NCBI GenBank assembly: GCA_026025075.1
Contig: JAPEUI010000053.1
Span: 62,001-114,119 of the forward strand
Direction: 5' to 3'
DNA: 52,119 nt
Source of the DNA: Vezdaea acicularis
Lineage: Eukaryota
Positions 45,649-52,119 of this stretch are shown here, in pieces (the stretch's first letter is position 1; each line of letters begins with the position of its first letter). The position numbers and the translations under genes are program-made. The notes under the pieces were generated by a model. The model saw only the letters and a program-made list of their open reading frames with translations. It was not told where the DNA came from and ran no database searches.

Positions 45649-47212
45649 CTATTGCAAAGCGCTCAGGTCGAGTGGTACACTACTTCCGCGCCCAGCACGG
45701 TACCTCTTAGGCCCTCCGACAAATTCTCTAGGCTTTGGTAATTGACTCTCATCTTGAAACACCCACCTGGAATCATTGACCCGTGATGAGTTACGTCTCC
45801 CATTTTGTCCATTGTTCCACTCAAGGCTTGGACTCTGATTGCCCCCGTTTGATAACGTATAAGAGCTTGGGTCAAGCATTGATCGTTGAGGTTGTTGTAA
45901 GGGGCCTGCAGATGTGGGTGGGGGGGGTGCTGAAGGAGGCGGAGGTGGGGGCGAATAATGGCTTGGTATAGAAGATAGAGGTGTTACGGATGGTGGTAGT
46001 GGGGGGGGTGCTGAAGGCGAACTATCGCGGCCTACCGCTCTCCTAGCTGCTTGCATTGCTATCGAAGACGAAAAGCTATCTTCCCTGCCTTGGGATGGGG
46101 GTGGCGGTGGCGGCGGTGTTGAACGTGCTGGTGGGGGACGAGCAGCCGATGATGGGGGAGGTGGCGGCGCTGATGGAGGGGTAAAGGTAAGGTTGGAGAC
46201 CAGAATAGGGGGATTGGGAGAGGACCTGCGAAGGCCGGATTGCGGAGGTGGTGGTTTTGCACTACCTGCTGGAGGGGGTGGTGGTGGCGGTGTAGCTCTC
46301 GGAGGTATAAGATCACTAGCAGGACGTCCAGGTAGCGGCAGCTGGCGGGAGGGTAACCCAGTCGAGGGCCGATTGAGCGGTTTTGGAGGTGGCGGTTTCG
46401 CCTTAAATTCAGCCGGAGTTGACGCAATCGATTCCGGAGTAGGGCGTAAGCCCGGGAAATTCGGAGCCTTCGGCGGCTTTGGAGCAGCAGCTCCTGGCGG
46501 CCTCGGCGCGGTGGTCCGGGAAGTTGTTTCCGGATCAGAGAGGTGTGGATCTTGGTTTGCTTTATTCTCTATTAGCGATGCACAATCGCTCATCTGTTAG
46601 ATATACGGACCACCTGTGTCTATGCCACCTCTTGTCTTTCTCAAACCCGGGATTCCACCTGCGAAAAGACCTCCTAACTGAGGGGCGCCAGAAATCCCTC
46701 CACCTGCGTCTGTGCCTCCGCCACCCGTATCACTATTACTCCTGCCTCTATTCGCGCCTCCGGGTACTGGCGGCGCAAGGCCTGGTGGGTTGGCAAGTCG
46801 AGGAATCGGAGGGGCGCTTGCTAGTGGGGGCCCGCTAGATCCTCCACCTTCCCTTCCAACAATAGGAGCGGAGCGATCATCCGTTACAGCCTTCTTCAGC
46901 CGTGCGCCCTTGGTGATATCGGTGAGGAGAGCGCCCTGTGCTGTCAGCGAAAGCCAAGATCAATGTGAAAGCTACTCTTGGAAAGCGTCGATAGGGGACG
47001 ATGGAAAGGTGGAAAGAAGATACGGGAGATGAAAGGCAGAACGATTTCAGGAAGAACAAGTAGCTTACTCTATCTTTGGCGACCGTAGGCGGTGGGGCGG
47101 CCGGAAGACTGCTTCCTCCAGGAAGTCCCCCTGGGGGTGGTGGTGGTGGTGGAGGGGGGCCTGCGCTGAAGCCGGGCAATGGCGGTGGTGGAGGCGGGGG
47201 AGGAGCAGACAT
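45649..47212 (-). CDS. VRP1: Verprolin/WIP-like proline-rich WH2 actin-binding protein; exons 47212-47069, 46935-46611, 46559-45649
   Basis: Poly-Pro N-terminus, WH2 'DR|GALLTDITKGARLKKAVTDDRSAP', 'GGLFAGGIPGLRKT', and C-terminal 'DSRW.FQDESQLPKPREF.G..KRYRAGRGSSVPLDL'. Confidence 0.92.
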
Positions 47213-47924
47213 GGTATTGTTTGTCTCTCAATCTGCGAGTATATAGATTGAGTTTAGCAGAGGGGTATCTCAATAATCGAAGACATATCACCCTCTAACA
47301 TCCCTTATGTACCACGGTTGTAGCCTGCCGAGCTCGAGTGGCCATGGCGCTTGGGTGACGAGGAAGTTGTGGCTGTACCAAAAAAGCTTGGCAACGAAAC
47401 TCCATAAGGCAGCGTATCGGCAAACCTTATTTGAACCCACGCCGCCAGTCTTGCAGTTGCTCTGACACCAACAGGACGAAGCTTGAGGTCCATTGAAAAT
47501 TCTATTGAAAAACAAACTTCTTTTTTCATAATTTATATGTATATTATTAGAATTTAGGGTCCATCCTATACAGTTCTGACCCTGAAGTACAACCTCATAG
47601 AGCCAAAGTCTACCGTTTCTAAATTTATGAGACCACGGTTTACATCTCTGAAATCTTGAAAACAAGGAACTACCCATCCCTCTTCTAGTTCCAATTGTCG
47701 TAGAATAGTATAGGTCTCTCATAGCCGCTGTTCAAAAGTCGGAAAATTCTCATTTTAATATCACTTTTAACCGAGGAGGTCAAATCAGAGCTGCCGGGAA
47801 ACCATAGAACTCGTCTCCTAGCGTAGGGTAAAGCCGACCACCATACATATAGCCCAGGCTTCCAAGATACTATGTTATAGTATACATAAAGATCAATTGG
47901 CCAACTGGCTTCTAGACACCTGCA

Positions 47925-49202
47925 ATGGCACTACTACATAGCCAGCGAAGGCGCGCCATATGCCTATTCTGCGAACTCGCCGGGCCGCAGTCCCTTCGGC
48001 GGACTTCTCTCACAGCGCGCTCTCCACTACTACAGAGCGGCGTTCTAGAACCCCAATACCCAAGGGGATCACAATGGAGACGTTCGAAAGCTACAGATAG
48101 TCATGCAACTCTTGCAGCCAACAGGAAACAGGCCGCGCCAAAGTCACACCAGGAACGACGGGTCGAGGTATCCTCCGTCCATGATCCTCTACTGAGTATA
48201 GAAGAGGAGGCAAATGCGGTCTTAGCGTCACCTTCAAAAGCAGAGGAAGAGATTGTCCTTCGATTGATCAGGAAGTGTCTAGTAATAGCCAGCGACGTCT
48301 CGAAGGATCCGGGTACAAGCCCTAAGCCACAGAGAGTAGACGACAACACCCCGGCTTCAGCACTGCTCTCTCTCGAGGAAGACGATATACAAAGCTTGCC
48401 CGGAAGAGTGGAGTCCGTTGAGTCTCCACAGCTTCGTAAGGAAAGCATAGCTACTGTATCTAGAATAGCACACAAGCTCCTCGTCCACACCCCAGTTTTC
48501 ATTGACCCGGAGCTCCTGAAGGAGTACACAACTCTACAGACATTGCTACGGCGACCCGACACGCTACCAGAAGTCTTTCAGCTATATGCAACAAAGCCTG
48601 CTGCAATCACAGGGTCTGATCCTGTGCAATACCGGACCCCAAGACCAAACCGGCTCAACGCCGCTATACCGGCACCGATTGCCAATGAAGCCTTGAACTC
48701 AGCAATCGCACTGAAGGATCTCACTAGCGCCCTCCAAATCATCGAAACAACGTTCGCAACTCCCTCATTCCGACGTCTCAAAGCATTACGCCTGGCCGGC
48801 GTGCCTATGGCCGCAGCAGCTCTGTCTCCGTTCGCGGCGTACATCATCGCCGATCGGCTCTCGGCGATGCAGAGCTCGATGGATTCGTATCTGGCAACCA
48901 ATGTCGCCTTTACAGGCATTCTGGCCTACCTGGGCTTCACGGGGATCCTGGGCGTCGTGGCGGTGACGACGGCCAACGACAAGATGAAGCGGGTGACGTG
49001 GGCGGACGGGACGCCCCTGCGAGAGCGTTGGCTGCGAGAAGAGGAACGTGCGGCGGCCGACCTCGTCGTCACCGCGTGGGGTTTCAAGCAGGTCTCGAGA
49101 TGGGGGGAGGAAGAGGGGGAGGATTGGGAGATTCTGAGAGAATGGATCGGTCTGCGAGGGATGATTCTTGATCGCGCGGAATTGATGGAAGGAATGGAGT
49201 GA
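47925..49202 (+). CDS. Uncharacterised, probably mitochondrial membrane protein
   Basis: 425-codon intronless ORF with an Arg/Ser/Leu-rich presequence-like N-terminus and two hydrophobic segments. The C-terminus looks conserved: 'RVTWADGTPLRERWLREEERAA.D....AWGFK...WGEEEG.DWE.LREWIG.RGMILD..ELMEGME'. Confidence 0.8.
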   Translation: MALLHSQRRRAICLFCELAGPQSLRRTSLTARSPLLQSGVLEPQYPRGSQWRRSKATDSHATLAANRKQAAPKSHQERRVEVSSVHDPLLSIEEEANAVLASPSKAEEEIVLRLIRKCLVIASDVSKDPGTSPKPQRVDDNTPASALLSLEEDDIQSLPGRVESVESPQLRKESIATVSRIAHKLLVHTPVFIDPELLKEYTTLQTLLRRPDTLPEVFQLYATKPAAITGSDPVQYRTPRPNRLNAAIPAPIANEALNSAIALKDLTSALQIIETTFATPSFRRLKALRLAGVPMAAAALSPFAAYIIADRLSAMQSSMDSYLATNVAFTGILAYLGFTGILGVVAVTTANDKMKRVTWADGTPLRERWLREEERAAADLVVTAWGFKQVSRWGEEEGEDWEILREWIGLRGMILDRAELMEGME

Positions 49203-49307
49203 TTCTTTCAGCTATTTACAATTGACAAGATACCAAGGGGGCAAAACCCTTCAAGCTGGCATCGGCCAAGATTCCGGGGCTTGATCTGAGCCTAGAAAAG
49301 GCCACGC

Positions 49308-51162
49308 TCACCGGCCCCTCACAGTTCGCGTCACCCAGTTCTTCTGGCTCTTCTGGTCTTCTTCGCTTTTCCTCCGACGCGCGCGATACTTCAGGGCCTG
49401 TGCACTGGCAAGGCCCGAGAGCAATCCACCTAGATGCGCCCAGTGGTCCAATCTCCTGTAGCCAAGGAGGATGCAGAGGATCTCGCCTCCGATGAAGAGG
49501 GATAGCATCGTGTTTGCCGGAAGGGCAAGAAGGTCGGGCGGTAAGAAGATGAAAGTAAATTTCTCACTGATTGTATATTAGCTTCTCACAGGTAAAAGGG
49601 AGGTCCAAGATGGCACCCACTGAGAATTCAAATTTAGCCAAGCGGCAATGATGCTCGCAATCGCACCGCTTGCTCCTAGTGCTGTGATGTTCACCGATTT
49701 CGTCATGACGTGAAAGAGGAGAGAAGCATATGACGAGAGGACAGCTCCGCTGAAATAGATCCCTAGAAAGGTTCCCCGCCCCACATCGTCATGGAGCTTA
49801 GTGCCAACAAGCCATAGGACCACCATATTTGTCGCCAAGTGCAGCGGTCTCTGGTGACTAAAGGTATTGCCTATCATGCTAAAGGCAAAAGGGTAGCTTG
49901 GCACAGCCAGGAAATACTTATTCATAAAGCGGTAGGCAAAAGGGAGACGCCATATTAAAAACATAGTCGTATTAACGGCGATCAGCGAAAGGACCGTAGC
50001 AGCTGCTGGCGGTAGGTCAGGCCACAGTCGTACCGATTGAGCGGGTGGAATGTAAGTGTTTGCGAACAAGATGGAGAGAATGACAACAGCAAGTGTAACT
50101 AAGGTAGAGGGCCCTAAAAGCTGCCACTAGTTTTGTGTATCAGGATATGGAGCTCAAGTAGATGAAAGATTCGCGTCTACCTTGCTGAGTTTTGGAGGTT
50201 CGTTAGAGGTTGTAAGCATTGCTCTCTCACGGCCGCGTTTCACCCATTCAGGAGCCTCCTTACGGGCTGGCAGCCCACAAAGGTCAGTGAATATGCCAAG
50301 TGATGGAAAGACCGATGTTGATGCTCACAACATCTGGGGGGTACGAACTAAGTGAACCGGCTTGCCATGCTGGCTGCACAGGCAGACCCACGACGGGTTC
50401 GGTCGTAGCTGCTGGCTGCTGAGCTTTCTCCCTCTCTGCAATCCTCTTCTCATTAAACTCCCTGATCTCATCTAGACCGCTCTTTCCATATCGTTCATCA
50501 CCGGGAATACCTTGCTGTGGTTTGTAGACATCAAATTTCTCTCCCAGCTGAGCCGCGTCCCGTTCGGCTCGAAGTAGTGCAGCGGCTTCCTCGTCAATTG
50601 GATAATTGGCTCGTAGCCAGTCTAATGCTTTATCTGCTACTCTGTCGCTATAGTTTGTGTTCTCTGGGAAGGAGAGCGCGGTGGTCTCGAGAGTACCCGC
50701 CAACCTCCGCCCATGTTGGATTCGGAGAATGAGATTCCCAAAGCCGGGGTCGAGGGCTGTGCCAAAGATTTTGACAATCTGGTTAGCGGAGAGATCTCTT
50801 TCTTGGAAGCGGACACCCTCATTCGGGTCATAGTTTTCTGGAAGCGTATCTTGAATGCGTTGGCTAGAATAAGAGTGAGCGAGGATAGGGCTTGGTTTCC
50901 ATGGAGGTGAAGGTCTTGAGTGAAGTCCTCCGGGACATCGCAGGCAAGGGACGTTTGCTCTGGGTAGTTGCTGGGATATTCTCCGTCGGAAAGGTCTTGA
51001 AGCAATTGAGAAGCACTGGATGTCTCTGGTGAGATTCGGCTGGCATTGAGGTTTCCGTTCGGGAGCCGGGTAAATTGATCCAGTACGAGGTGTTTTGGGG
51101 AAACGGGATCGAGATATATCACCTAAAAGTGATCTCCATCCTCCTGACCATGCGCTGTGCAT
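49308..51162 (-). CDS. PCP1: Mitochondrial rhomboid protease Pcp1/Rbd1 (PARL family); exons 51162-50349, 50266-50181, 50126-49621, 49566-49308
   Basis: 'FSHQ...HL..NM', catalytic 'LGASGA' and 'DHWAHLGG', presequence-like N-terminus. Three frame-preserving introns; the first donor could be 50348 or 50357. Confidence 0.9.
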
Positions 51163-51412
51163 GTCCGCTGCAAGCTCGTAGTGCAATGTGGAATACGTGC
51201 AACGCGCCAATCATGAGCTTGAAGCAATTATTTTCTAGAATGAAACGCTCGTGTCAGACTACGGCGAGCGACTGAGAGCTATAACGTTATTGTGGCCCAA
51301 CTCCGTCATTCCTCTGGAGTTTCAAGTCATGCACGTTTTGCGTGGCAACATTCTTACGATCTTCTAACCTTTCGAGAGCAGGATGGGTATGTGTGTGGTA
51401 TGAATAAGCTCA

Positions 51413-52096
51413 CTAAGCTATGATGCACTGGCCTGGGAAGCATTTCAAGATTCCATGCTTCCTCCCCACCTCTAACTCATTTTGCTTAATTGTGTCCGAT
51501 GCATTGCTTTCATTCTCAGTGAAGGTAAGACTTTCATTAGGATTAGCATGTGCGAGCGCGATAGACGTGATCTCTATTGAGAAGTCGCCTTCCTGGGTTC
51601 CGAAGAAGCTTCGCATCATGATACTAATCCTTCTAATCCCGGATAAGTTTAGCGTAGGCGCATCTGGCTTTTCTCTCCCTCGATATGTTGCTTTTAGTGC
51701 GTTCCAGGGGAAGAAGATTTGCTTTGTGGCATCCCCTTCTCCAGCAACCGTAGCATCGGTCGCCTGAAAGTCGTACTCGTAGGATATCGTCGACTGCTCC
51801 CGTCCGTTCGGTGACTTTGGTAATACAGAGTCTTTGAAAATCAGGGTGTAACGTTTGCCTAGCATCCAGAACCGAATGAGATATGACTCTAAAGTATTGA
51901 AAGAGGATGTGGGTGGGCGTAACAAACCATCTATCCGACCCAAGCTTAATCGTATACCATCATATTCCGAAAAGTCCCAAACTTTGGTCTCCTCCACCGT
52001 TCGCTGGCTCGCAAACCCCGCGTCTCCGAGCGTTGTGATGTCCAGGGTGCCATGAAATCGAGCGATATTACTGGAGGGCTCGTATTCTAGGTAGGA
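51413..52096 (-). CDS. CIA30-domain (NDUFAF1-like family) protein, 5'-truncated by the window edge; exons 52096-51928 and 51858-51413
   Basis: 'SYL...ARFHGTLDITTLG.AGFASQRT...WD.S.YDG', 'DG|KRYTL..KD', 'SYEYDF', 'W..LKATYRGRE', 'SIMMRSFFG.QEGDF'. Acceptor at 52097-52099 preceded by CTAAC; in-frame intron 51859-51927. Confidence 0.88.
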   Translation of the reverse strand, partial: SYLEYEPSSNIARFHGTLDITTLGDAGFASQRTVEETKVWDFSEYDGIRLSLGRIDGLLRPPTSSFNTLESYLIRFWMLGKRYTLIFKDSVLPKSPNGREQSTISYEYDFQATDATVAGEGDATKQIFFPWNALKATYRGREKPDAPTLNLSGIRRISIMMRSFFGTQEGDFSIEITSIALAHANPNESLTFTENESNASDTIKQNELEVGRKHGILKCFPGQCIIA

Positions 52097-52119
52097 CTAC
52101 AGGGCTGGTTAGACCTAGA

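Noticed and set aside
1..52119. A biosynthetic or immune gene cluster linking the HeLo gene, CHORD-CS, patatin, nucleoside hydrolase and secreted protein
   Set aside because: The genes are far apart and separated by unrelated core genes. The patatin is TGL-type rather than NLR-effector type, and no backbone enzyme, NACHT/NB-ARC gene or transposon is visible.

Overview
Gene-dense, intron-containing genomic DNA from a filamentous ascomycete (Pezizomycotina-type proteins; short GT..AG introns with CTRAY-like branch points). I reconstructed 26 protein-coding genes by hand from splice signals and frame continuity. Most are housekeeping or other readily recognised families: SAS10, TSC10, a nucleoside hydrolase, ERV29/SURF4, MOB2, LEO1, a TGL-type patatin, LSM8, a bHLH factor, a PhoD-like phosphatase, an HpcH aldolase, a glutaredoxin-like protein, a CHORD-CS protein, an AGP2-like permease, a MAPR cytochrome b5, NOP4, a TMA17-like protein, verprolin, the PCP1 rhomboid and a partial CIA30-family gene. 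No transposon, rRNA, tRNA or CRISPR array could be supported. The most notable item is an orphan HeLo-domain + pseudokinase gene (4229-5916) with MLKL-like architecture and degenerate motifs, a candidate fungal necroptosis-like executioner. Other leads: an AUG-depleted ~770-nt leader with in-frame protein-like segments split by stops upstream of a membrane-anchored unknown; a secreted Cys-rich protein with a possible Kex2 site; a small putative Zn-binding protein; a pseudo-lipase; a possible non-AUG signal peptide; a CaaX-tailed CIA30 protein; and 6 of 40 coding introns ending in AAG. Family assignments come from motif recognition only; no database searches were run.
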